IMG/VR virus record: IMGVR_UViG_3300012953_007088
Span: 1 to 33,188 of that record
DNA from: a virus
Lineage: Duplodnaviria > Caudoviricetes
Reading direction: 5' to 3' (one strand)
DNA: 33,188 nucleotides
Under the pieces are notes generated by a model. It was given only the letters and a program-made list of their open reading frames with translations, was not told the DNA's origin and ran no database searches. A program made the position numbers and the translations under genes. This document shows positions 1 to 7,505 of the stretch, piece after piece (the first letter of the stretch is position 1; every line of letters starts with the position of its first letter).

Positions 1-383
1 CTCAAGGTCCTGAAGGTGCTAAGGGTGATCAAGGTGATCAAGGTGCTAAGGGAGATGTAGGTAATACTGGGGCTACTGGGGCTACTGGTGCTAGCGGAGG
101 ACCTGTTGGTCCTACTGGAGCTCAAGGTCCTGAAGGTCCTCAAGGTCCTCAAGGTCCTGAAGGTCCTCAAGGTCCTGAAGGTCCTCAAGGTCCTGAAGGT
201 GCTAAGGGTGATCAAGGTGATCAAGGTGATCAAGGTGCTAAGGGAGATGTAGGTAATACTGGGGCTACTGGGGCTAGCGGAGGACCTGTTGGTCCTACTG
301 GAGCTCAAGGTCCTGAAGGTCCTGAAGGCCCTGAAGGTCCTCAAGGTCCTCAAGGTCCTCAAGGCCCTCAAGGCCCCGAAGGT
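1..383 (+). repeat. Coding tandem repeats: 9-bp GGTCCT(C/G)AA units nested in an ~183-bp higher-order duplication
   Basis: The block starting ctcaaggtcctgaaggtgctaagggtgatcaagg at 1 recurs at 184. The copies differ by one GDQ and one GAT triplet. Confidence 0.9.
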
Positions 384-1094
384 TTAATTTGGCGAGGTAG
401 TTGGAACGACACCACTGAGTATTTAGTTGACGATGCAGTTAATCACAATGGGTCATCTTACATTTGCATTTTACAACATGAAGACGAAGAGCCACCGAAT
501 GTTACATACTGGGATTATCTCGCGTTAGAGGGAGCAACTGGAGCTACTGGACCTGTTGGTGATATAGGTCCAATAGGGCCTGTTGGTGATATAGGTCCAA
601 TAGGCTTAACTGGAGGTATTGGTCCCAGAGGCGATGTTGGAAATCTTGGTCCTAGAGGCAATGTTGGCCCACAAGGTGACCCCGGAGCTAAGTATGCAAT
701 TGTTGAATCTTCGCTAACAGAAGAACACCTCGGTCTTTATTGCACTGAAATGCCAGAAGCGATATTCGAAGATATAATTTCCGTTTCAATCAAAGGAGAT
801 AAATCAGCAGAAGAAATAAAAGTTGAGGTTGACATAGACCCTCTATATTTAGACGTATGCGAACCCAATTCATTAAGAGTGGTTAGCATGATATGTAATA
901 CTCCTTGCGCGTTCGGGGCAGAAATAAATAAAAATAAATTAATAATCAAGGTGGCTGCATGGGGCAATGAAGCACCTTCAACAGCTAACCTAAAACTAGC
1001 GGGCGTGAGAAAAGGGATTACATCAAGATTCCCGAAATACTCTTCTCAAGAAGCGTTGCGAAATAGAGAGTTTTGGGATAGTTGGAAGAAATAA
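3..1094 (+). CDS. Collagen-like (Gly-X-Y) fibre/tail protein, 5'-truncated by the window edge, with a CBM5/12-like module and a C-terminal globular domain
   Basis: Frame 3 is open from base 3 to the TAA at 1092-1094 and is in frame with ORF 750..1094. It reads [13 protein letters not shown]...GPQGPEG, then [43 protein letters not shown] (CBM5/12-like), a second collagen tract, then [23 protein letters not shown]. The supplied 750 start is internal. Confidence 0.9.
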   Translation, partial: QGPEGAKGDQGDQGAKGDVGNTGATGATGASGGPVGPTGAQGPEGPQGPQGPEGPQGPEGPQGPEGAKGDQGDQGDQGAKGDVGNTGATGASGGPVGPTGAQGPEGPEGPEGPQGPQGPQGPQGPEGLIWRGSWNDTTEYLVDDAVNHNGSSYICILQHEDEEPPNVTYWDYLALEGATGATGPVGDIGPIGPVGDIGPIGLTGGIGPRGDVGNLGPRGNVGPQGDPGAKYAIVESSLTEEHLGLYCTEMPEAIFEDIISVSIKGDKSAEEIKVEVDIDPLYLDVCEPNSLRVVSMICNTPCAFGAEINKNKLIIKVAAWGNEAPSTANLKLAGVRKGITSRFPKYSSQEALRNREFWDSWKK

Positions 1095-1160
1095 TAAAAA
1101 TTTTCATTTCTAAAATACGTTTTTTTTGCAATATTTGTAGGAATGTAAGTTTTTTAAAAA

Positions 1161-2291
1161 ATGAATTTTGACTTTCTTTTAAAATTAAACAAAGGGGGCT
1201 TTTTGGGGTTAGTAGAATCTCAGGTGCAGCACGGGGATCATAAAGTCTTAGAGGTTCCTAATTTAACGTTTTTGGAAAAAAAGCCTAAATTCTTAATAGA
1301 TTTAGAGTCCAAAGACTTCACAGAATCTCAAAAAAAACTTCAAGAACTTTTAATTCATGGAGTTACCGCCGAAAACCCAAATCAAAAAGAAGAAAAGCAA
1401 AAAAGAAGGCTCTATTATTTAACTGAATACATCTTGCAGCTTGCTGGGGAAAAAAGCTCTTCTAGCAAGCAAATAGAATCTTTTTCCTTAGTGATAAGCA
1501 AGGAAGTCATGAGGGAAGGGTTGGTTACTTTGCGGACTATCAGAATATTTCACGACCAACCAATTTACGTTATAGCTGACCAAGAAACTAAAGAGTTCTT
1601 AGAGCAGCAAGGTATATCTAATTTAATAATAAAGATAGACATATCTGAAGCTTCCAAACAGAGGATAATGCGAAGGTTTTTTAAGAAACGTTTCGTTCAC
1701 CTACAAACGTTTCATAGAGAAGAGTACATATTTAAAAAAATGGACGCGATGTCTTTCGCACTAAAAAATCATTCAAATACTTTCTTTTTGGATGCTGATA
1801 TTATTCTGTGCGAGAAGTTAAGTATACACTCAGATAGAGAAATAATACTTTCTCCTCATTATTGTCCTGCTAGAAGATTCTATCAGACTTTTGGGAACGG
1901 CTTTTTTAACGCTGGATATGTTTTCTGTTGCGATAAAACTTTTCCAAGATTTTGGAGGAGGCTATACTTAAAGGATTCCAGATTTTACGAACAACAAGGA
2001 ATGGATTATATCCCAGAAAAATATAGCACCCATATATTCGACGCCTCCCACAATATTGGGTGGTGGAGGAACAAAAACGACAACTTCAATGAGCCTTTAA
2101 ATATATCTATTCCAGAAAAAACTTGGTCTTTCCATTTACATTTAGAGCCTAATTATGACTATGGAAACAATTCAATTGTAAAAAGAAAAAACCAAGAAAT
2201 TAAAAGTATAATGCTTAACTACTTAAGGGGTAATAAAAAAACGGAGGTCATCGATTCGATAGCCTCCGTGTTTAGCGATATTAAGAGCTAG
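1161..2291 (+). CDS. Putative GT-A fold glycosyltransferase (nucleotide-diphospho-sugar transferase-like)
   Basis: FFLDADII (DxD), FNAGYVF, FYEQQGMD and late SFHLH motifs; N-terminal ~100 aa unassigned. Confidence 0.65.
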   Translation: MNFDFLLKLNKGGFLGLVESQVQHGDHKVLEVPNLTFLEKKPKFLIDLESKDFTESQKKLQELLIHGVTAENPNQKEEKQKRRLYYLTEYILQLAGEKSSSSKQIESFSLVISKEVMREGLVTLRTIRIFHDQPIYVIADQETKEFLEQQGISNLIIKIDISEASKQRIMRRFFKKRFVHLQTFHREEYIFKKMDAMSFALKNHSNTFFLDADIILCEKLSIHSDREIILSPHYCPARRFYQTFGNGFFNAGYVFCCDKTFPRFWRRLYLKDSRFYEQQGMDYIPEKYSTHIFDASHNIGWWRNKNDNFNEPLNISIPEKTWSFHLHLEPNYDYGNNSIVKRKNQEIKSIMLNYLRGNKKTEVIDSIASVFSDIKS

Positions 2292-3034
2292 CTAATTGCT
2301 TGTATACGGCTGATTAAATTAAATACTTTTGGCTTGGGGATATCTTTTAGGTTTTCGATTTCTTCCGCGCCATCATACCCTTCTTTAACCAACACTTTCT
2401 TGACCTTATCCAGAGAAACCCCTTTTTGAGACATCACTTTTTCGAGTAAGAAATGAGGGTCGCTTTCGCTTAAATTGCTGGAGCTTTCTTCTCTAGTTGA
2501 GGGGGTTGTTGATGTTGGCTGTGAGGTTCTCACTCCAGCTAGTTCATCACCTCCTACGATATTAATTCTAAGGAAACTCCTTACGCATCTTACAAAAGCG
2601 CGGTTTTCTGCTGTGGCAGCTAAATAATTTCTAGCAAAGTCTGAAGTGTTCGACATTGAGGCGTCACCTATTGCTGAGAAAGTAACTGGTTTGTTTTCTG
2701 TTTCATAATTCGGTATCCAAGTAATTTTACAGGTAGCAACTACATAATCAGGGCTGGGGCAGTTGACTTCGTAAGTTAAATCAGTGTATCCCCTTATTTG
2801 AGCTAATTCTTTGATACCGCCGAGTAGGATAATGAGTTCTGTGTCTTTGAGCTTAGAAACATCAGCCACGTCTGTCTTATCTCTGTTGGGGACAAGCCAC
2901 TTCTTATCAATCATTCCCCTCCAGTTTACTAAGCCGTTCTCCTCGAATTTGTAGTCAATGTCGTCTGAAACAAGTAAGCCAGAGTTATCTCTAGAGACAG
3001 TGGGAGAGTTAGCATCATTGCTTTTTTTAGGCAT
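2288..3034 (-). CDS. Putative Rad52/Sak-like ssDNA annealing protein
   Basis: VVATCKITW...FSAIGDAS...YLAATAENRAFVRCVRSFL resembles the beta-beta-beta-alpha core of Rad52-superfamily annealing proteins; Ser/Thr linker and helical C-terminus; replication context. Confidence 0.5.
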   Translation of the reverse strand: MPKKSNDANSPTVSRDNSGLLVSDDIDYKFEENGLVNWRGMIDKKWLVPNRDKTDVADVSKLKDTELIILLGGIKELAQIRGYTDLTYEVNCPSPDYVVATCKITWIPNYETENKPVTFSAIGDASMSNTSDFARNYLAATAENRAFVRCVRSFLRINIVGGDELAGVRTSQPTSTTPSTREESSSNLSESDPHFLLEKVMSQKGVSLDKVKKVLVKEGYDGAEEIENLKDIPKPKVFNLISRIQAIS

Positions 3035-3040
3035 AAAACG

Positions 3041-3069
3041 ATATTATGTTTTTTCTGCGTTCTAGTCAA
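3041..3069 (-). promoter_or_regulatory. Sigma70-like promoter, probably leaderless, for the annealing-protein gene
   Basis: TTGACT-17 nt-TAATAT, 6 nt before the ATG at 3034. Confidence 0.6.
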
Positions 3070-4204
3070 GTATCTTCAGGATATATAAGTTATCAATACT
3101 TCTCCATATAAGCGGATCATCCTTGAATTCTACGACTTCGCCTTTGCCACCTATCTCCTGATTGTTTCTCCAAGCAGACTCGCTTGGAAAAGTTTTGCCG
3201 TTAGAGAGGGTAAATTTGTTGGACTTATAATAAAGTTTATCTACTCCGTGCGATAAGATTTTTTTCTTTTGTTCCTCTTTGTAGGACTCTGTGAAGATAA
3301 GATCAATATCTAGATAATTTATTTTCTTTTTATTTAATTGTTTTGAGTCCATTCTAGAAAACAAAAACAGGCTAATACCTAAGTTTTTCACTGACTCTGC
3401 AAATTTGTGATCATCATCCTCCTCGACTACGTAGACTAACTGAGGAATGTTTTTTCTGTATTTTTTTAAAATTTCTAAATCAATAGCTTTATTGGTTATG
3501 ATGTTTACGTTGCCTATCCTCAATTGTTCCTCTAACTTTTTTTCGTCAAAAAGTAAGTCCATTCTAAACATAATCGACTTTATGTTCATGGACTCTATGT
3601 TTACAGATTGATCTGGAAGCGTTTCTACAAACTCTTGTCCGTCTACGAACTTTTTTCCTATGTGAATTGTTTCGAATTTAGACTCAAAATCTATCATTAG
3701 CTTATCTAGCACTTTCTCGGCTATCGCTTCAGGTTTAATTATTCCTAGTTCTTGAGTTGATTCAAATAGAGTTTCGCTTTTTACGTTGTCAGTCCAGTAA
3801 GGAGCGTGGCTGGCGTTTTCAGGCTTATCAATCATACAAATAGTCTGCACGTTGAAGGTGTTGGCTATGTGGGCTGAAACAGCGTCAGTGGATAGATGTA
3901 GTAAACTGTTGTTGAGTACGTATGCAGCCTGTCCAAGGTTTATTTTTCCGTTTAACCTGATTGCGCCGTTCATTTCTGGCGCAGCATCATCTCCTAGTTG
4001 TACGATAGAGATTCCGTGCTTAGAGAGTGGTCCGTTAAGAAAATTGCATATTTCTTGCCAGTTTTGAAAGTCAGGCGGACTGTTTTCTCTAGTGTTATCT
4101 ATGGTTATATACTTGTCGCATCCTACGGGAAAATATTTTTCATAAATAAAAGGCTTGGACAGCTTGAGCCCTGTCGATGTAGAGAATGATTCTAATACGT
4201 GCAT
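3062..4204 (-). CDS. GT9 (heptosyltransferase-like) C-terminal domain fused to an unknown domain
   Basis: MHVLESF...WQEICNFL...IVQLG...LNGKINLGQAAYVLNNSLLHLSTDAVSAHIANTFNVQTI matches the GT9 C-lobe pattern (L.GKT.L.E....I......GNDSG..H.A...). Confidence 0.6.
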   Translation of the reverse strand: MHVLESFSTSTGLKLSKPFIYEKYFPVGCDKYITIDNTRENSPPDFQNWQEICNFLNGPLSKHGISIVQLGDDAAPEMNGAIRLNGKINLGQAAYVLNNSLLHLSTDAVSAHIANTFNVQTICMIDKPENASHAPYWTDNVKSETLFESTQELGIIKPEAIAEKVLDKLMIDFESKFETIHIGKKFVDGQEFVETLPDQSVNIESMNIKSIMFRMDLLFDEKKLEEQLRIGNVNIITNKAIDLEILKKYRKNIPQLVYVVEEDDDHKFAESVKNLGISLFLFSRMDSKQLNKKKINYLDIDLIFTESYKEEQKKKILSHGVDKLYYKSNKFTLSNGKTFPSESAWRNNQEIGGKGEVVEFKDDPLIWRSIDNLYILKILD

Positions 4205-4207
4205 ACG

Positions 4208-6082
4208 TTAACTTTTTAGTGCGAAGGAGATTTCATCTTTCTGATTGTGCTTATAGTCGTATGTATTTAAGTCAAATACTATTTCGAAGTCTTGTTTTTC
4301 AAGGTTATCTATATATCCTTCTGCGCGTTCATAGGGCGGTAAGATTTTGTGTATAAGCTCATTTGGGGCAAAGAAGTCTCCGAACGGTTGCTCTGTTGAG
4401 ACGTAAATATTGTGATTCGGGTAAGTTTCTTTCGCGCTTTTTAATAGACTTGTCGCTAGTACTGCCTCCGAGAGATTTTGAGGGAAAACAAATAATATCC
4501 TTCTTCCTTCGTCGTCTTTAGAGAGAAACTGATTGAATCCAGCTTCTTTTATGTTTTCTTTAGCTGCTACTTGTCTGAAATATTGCTCGACTCCTGCTGG
4601 AGGCATCCCTTCTTTAAGCTTCTTAAGCCAGTGAACTAGCCCCTCGTCGTCGTCATCGACTTTAACTTTTAATATATCTCTGTATAAATTTTTTACCCAC
4701 GTAGCTCCGTTTTCATTGAACTCAACTTCGGCATTGGGGTCTTTCTTTTCTGGGGTAGGGTAATTTTTTTCATCTATTAATGGGGCGTTGTCGATGAAGG
4801 ATTCAAGAGCTAAGCCTATTCTTGATATAGAAAAGTTTTCTATCGTCCACTCTCTGGCTTTTTCGCCCATTTCTTTCCTTGAAGCGGGACTCATCTTGTA
4901 AACTTCTTCTAGTTTTTTAGATATAGACTCATGTCTGGTGTTAGCTTTTTTAAAGTTAGTTCCGATTTCCCTATATTCATCCCATTCTAAGGCTAATGAA
5001 TTAGCCTCAGGCTCACACATCTCTTCTCCGCAGCTATAGTTAGTAACTAAGGTTATTAACTCAGTGAGTTTAGCTTCTTGAATTGGTATTTCTTGACCTC
5101 CAGATGTAAACGGATGGCAATAAACATCCATCAAATTGTATACTTCGTTTAATTGGCTTTCAGTTACGCCTTTGCCTACACTGACTGTTTCTAGGGAATT
5201 TTTTTCTCCGCATGATTTACATTCGCAGTCGGAGTTTATGAATGGTCTCACTTCGTAGCTAGAGCATTCTTCACATATATAAGTGAACAAGACGTCATTT
5301 GGGTTAATGTTGCTTTCCTCGATTAGCTGACGAATATTCCAACCTTCTTTTAGGTGAGTGTGGAGTAATAATTTTGCTTTCGAGGAAGGATTGTCGGACT
5401 TGAACTGCTTAAAGCCTTTTATCAGGTTTGGGACAGATTTTCTTAGTTGGTTCCTGAATACAAATCCTACTACAAACTCATCTTTTCCTATGTTGTTTTT
5501 AGACCTAAGGGATTGCCTTTCGGAATCGGTTAGCCTGTAGAAATCTTTTTCTTCTAGGGCTCCGTGGAGCGTCTTTACATTCTTAATGCCCATTTTTTGC
5601 ATTTCTTTCTGGGCAAAGTTGCTCCACACCCAGAAGTTTTCGCATTTATTAGCTGCCTTTATTGCTGCTGGCAGTATTGGTAGTGAGTCTAAGGTGGTCC
5701 ATATGGCGGAAGTGATTTTATCAAACCAGCTTCTCTGAGTTGCAAAGTCTACTCCCCATATGTCTTGAGCGGAGATGTAGACATCGGGTCGCTCTTTTTC
5801 TATCACTTCATCAAGTTTAAATGCGCCGTATGGGGTAAGGTATTTAAGCTTTGGGTCTTTTTCTATTAGTTCCGATTTTTCTTTATCAGTAGGTATACAT
5901 CCGATTGACTTCCAAGGAGTTTTTTGTAGTTCGTAATAATTTTCTACTATGCCGACACAGTAATTTACTAATTCGTATTTATCAGTTTTGTACAGATAAG
6001 TTAAAATGGCTTTGGCGTTTCTGCCAAAACCAGATTTAACCACTGCGAAATCGGTTTGAATTAAAACCTTTTTCTTTCTCAA
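4208..6082 (-). CDS. Multidomain GT4 (group 1) glycosyltransferase with Zn-ribbon insertion, DUF4214-like helical motif and GT9-like N-lobe
   Basis: SGFGRNAK, VFRNQLRKSVP, YNLMDVYCHPFTSGGQEIPIQEAK (GT4 E-x7-E region); CEEC...CECKSC; WVKNLYRDIL...DDEGLVHWLKKLKEG; RILFVFPQNLSEAVLATSLLKSAKETYPNHNIYV. TTG start overlaps the upstream TGA. Confidence 0.8.
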   Translation of the reverse strand: MRKKKVLIQTDFAVVKSGFGRNAKAILTYLYKTDKYELVNYCVGIVENYYELQKTPWKSIGCIPTDKEKSELIEKDPKLKYLTPYGAFKLDEVIEKERPDVYISAQDIWGVDFATQRSWFDKITSAIWTTLDSLPILPAAIKAANKCENFWVWSNFAQKEMQKMGIKNVKTLHGALEEKDFYRLTDSERQSLRSKNNIGKDEFVVGFVFRNQLRKSVPNLIKGFKQFKSDNPSSKAKLLLHTHLKEGWNIRQLIEESNINPNDVLFTYICEECSSYEVRPFINSDCECKSCGEKNSLETVSVGKGVTESQLNEVYNLMDVYCHPFTSGGQEIPIQEAKLTELITLVTNYSCGEEMCEPEANSLALEWDEYREIGTNFKKANTRHESISKKLEEVYKMSPASRKEMGEKAREWTIENFSISRIGLALESFIDNAPLIDEKNYPTPEKKDPNAEVEFNENGATWVKNLYRDILKVKVDDDDEGLVHWLKKLKEGMPPAGVEQYFRQVAAKENIKEAGFNQFLSKDDEGRRILFVFPQNLSEAVLATSLLKSAKETYPNHNIYVSTEQPFGDFFAPNELIHKILPPYERAEGYIDNLEKQDFEIVFDLNTYDYKHNQKDEISFALKS

Positions 6083-6564
6083 GATTTTTCCTTACGTTTC
6101 ATAGTGAAAGATTGTCTTAGAGCGGTTTCTAAGTACAGGGAAAGAAGCTTGGCTTCATTAAAGTAAAATCCAATAACGTAACTTTGTTTATTAGTGGAGT
6201 CTTCCTTGTCTTCCTTTTGCACGGACAAAGAAAACCCTACTTGTTCTCCTTGTTTTAGGTATGGGCCAAATCTGTACTTTACCACTTGATTCTGGCTTCC
6301 GTGGTAGCCTGTGTATTCTACGTTTCTGTCTATTGCGTCAGCAATACCAGCGTATTCAGTGTCGCTGAATTTTATGATTACTCTTTTATCTTTATTGTCT
6401 TTATTTTCAATAAAAGACCCAGTTCTTCTTTTAGCGTCCCAAGAGTGTTGCTTGATTAAACTACACCAAAAAGTCATTCCTTCTTTGTCGTCGGGCTTAA
6501 TCCAGAACGAAGAAGCTGCTCCGGTTGATTTTGGGGTTGGCTTGTAGAATTGTAGCTGATTCAT
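6079..6564 (-). CDS. Putative Whirly/PC4-fold ssDNA-binding protein
   Basis: Two beta-sheet/helix repeats; QFYK, KRVIIKFSDTEYAGI, TGYH, GFSLSVQK, YVIGFYFNEAKLL parallel plant Whirly motifs as I recall them. Confidence 0.5.
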   Translation of the reverse strand: MNQLQFYKPTPKSTGAASSFWIKPDDKEGMTFWCSLIKQHSWDAKRRTGSFIENKDNKDKRVIIKFSDTEYAGIADAIDRNVEYTGYHGSQNQVVKYRFGPYLKQGEQVGFSLSVQKEDKEDSTNKQSYVIGFYFNEAKLLSLYLETALRQSFTMKRKEKS

Positions 6565-6566
6565 TG

Positions 6567-7505
6567 CTATATCGTACTATTTTTAATCTTAAAGTCAATT
6601 AAGTACTTTTCTAGTTCGTAAGTGGGTGACCAATTTAAAATTTCCTTAGCTTTAGAGTTGTCAGCTAATGTGGCTCTAGCTTCTCCTTGTCTTTCCGGTA
6701 TAAACTCTATTTTTTTGCTTATCTTTTCAGCTATACTCAGTATAGAAAAAGATTTCCCAGTTCCTATGTTAAATATTTCGCCAAATGCTTTATCATTCTC
6801 ACAAGACGCGCTTAGTATATTAGCTTCAACAACATCTCTTACGTCGGTGAAATCTCTAGTCTGCAAGCCATCGCCAACCACTGTAAGAAGTTCTCCTTGT
6901 AAAAATTGTCTTTGGAAAAGGCCAATAACCGGAGCGTAGTGTCCTTTTATTGGTTCCCTGTTTCCGTAGACATTAAAATATCTAAGGGTTATTGTGTTTA
7001 ACCCGTATATGTCATTGTATACTTTGCAAATCTCTTCTCCAGCGGTTTTGGATACCGAGTATGGGTTTAGGCAATCCTTGGGCATATCCTCCTTCAAAGG
7101 GGGGACGTTTTTTCTGCCATAAGCAGAAGATGTAGATGAGTATATAACTCTGTCTACATTATTCTCTCTACTGGCCTGAAGTACGTTGCACGTTCCTACA
7201 AAATTGGTGCTACATGCTATCTGGGGTTGGTTTATAGTTGGTTGTATTCTGGCTTCTGCTGCTAAGTGAAATACAACATCTGGCTTCTCGTGTGAGAAAA
7301 TCCAATTCAATGTGTAGGAATCATTTACGTCAGTACAATAATTCCTAGCTTCTTCGTTCCAGTAAAATTTTTCGTTACAGTCTGCTGATTCATTATCCAA
7401 GCAAACGACGTTAACCCTCATGCTAATGAGCTTATTCACTAGGTTGCTTCCTATGAACCCTGCTCCTCCTGTTACTAGAGCGGTGGTTGAGCTATTTAAA
7501 ATCAT
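6567..7505 (-). CDS. NAD-dependent nucleotide-sugar epimerase/dehydratase (extended SDR)
   Basis: VTGGAGFIGS, FHLAA, SSTSSAYG, PYSVSK (YxxxK), LRYFNVYG, GDGLQTRDF; ATGA overlap with dnaE core. Confidence 0.93.
   Translation of the reverse strand: MILNSSTTALVTGGAGFIGSNLVNKLISMRVNVVCLDNESADCNEKFYWNEEARNYCTDVNDSYTLNWIFSHEKPDVVFHLAAEARIQPTINQPQIACSTNFVGTCNVLQASRENNVDRVIYSSTSSAYGRKNVPPLKEDMPKDCLNPYSVSKTAGEEICKVYNDIYGLNTITLRYFNVYGNREPIKGHYAPVIGLFQRQFLQGELLTVVGDGLQTRDFTDVRDVVEANILSASCENDKAFGEIFNIGTGKSFSILSIAEKISKKIEFIPERQGEARATLADNSKAKEILNWSPTYELEKYLIDFKIKNSTI
6571..6598 (-). promoter_or_regulatory. Sigma70-like promoter, probably leaderless
   Basis: TTGACT-16 nt-TACGAT, 6 nt before the ATG at 6564. 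Confidence 0.5.

Noticed and set aside
1-383. Short repeats as a possible CRISPR array
   Set aside because: The units are in-frame multiples of 9 bp encoding Gly-X-Y, with no unique spacers
750-1094. 114-aa ORF as an independent gene
   Set aside because: It is the in-frame C-terminus of the collagen protein, which is open from base 3
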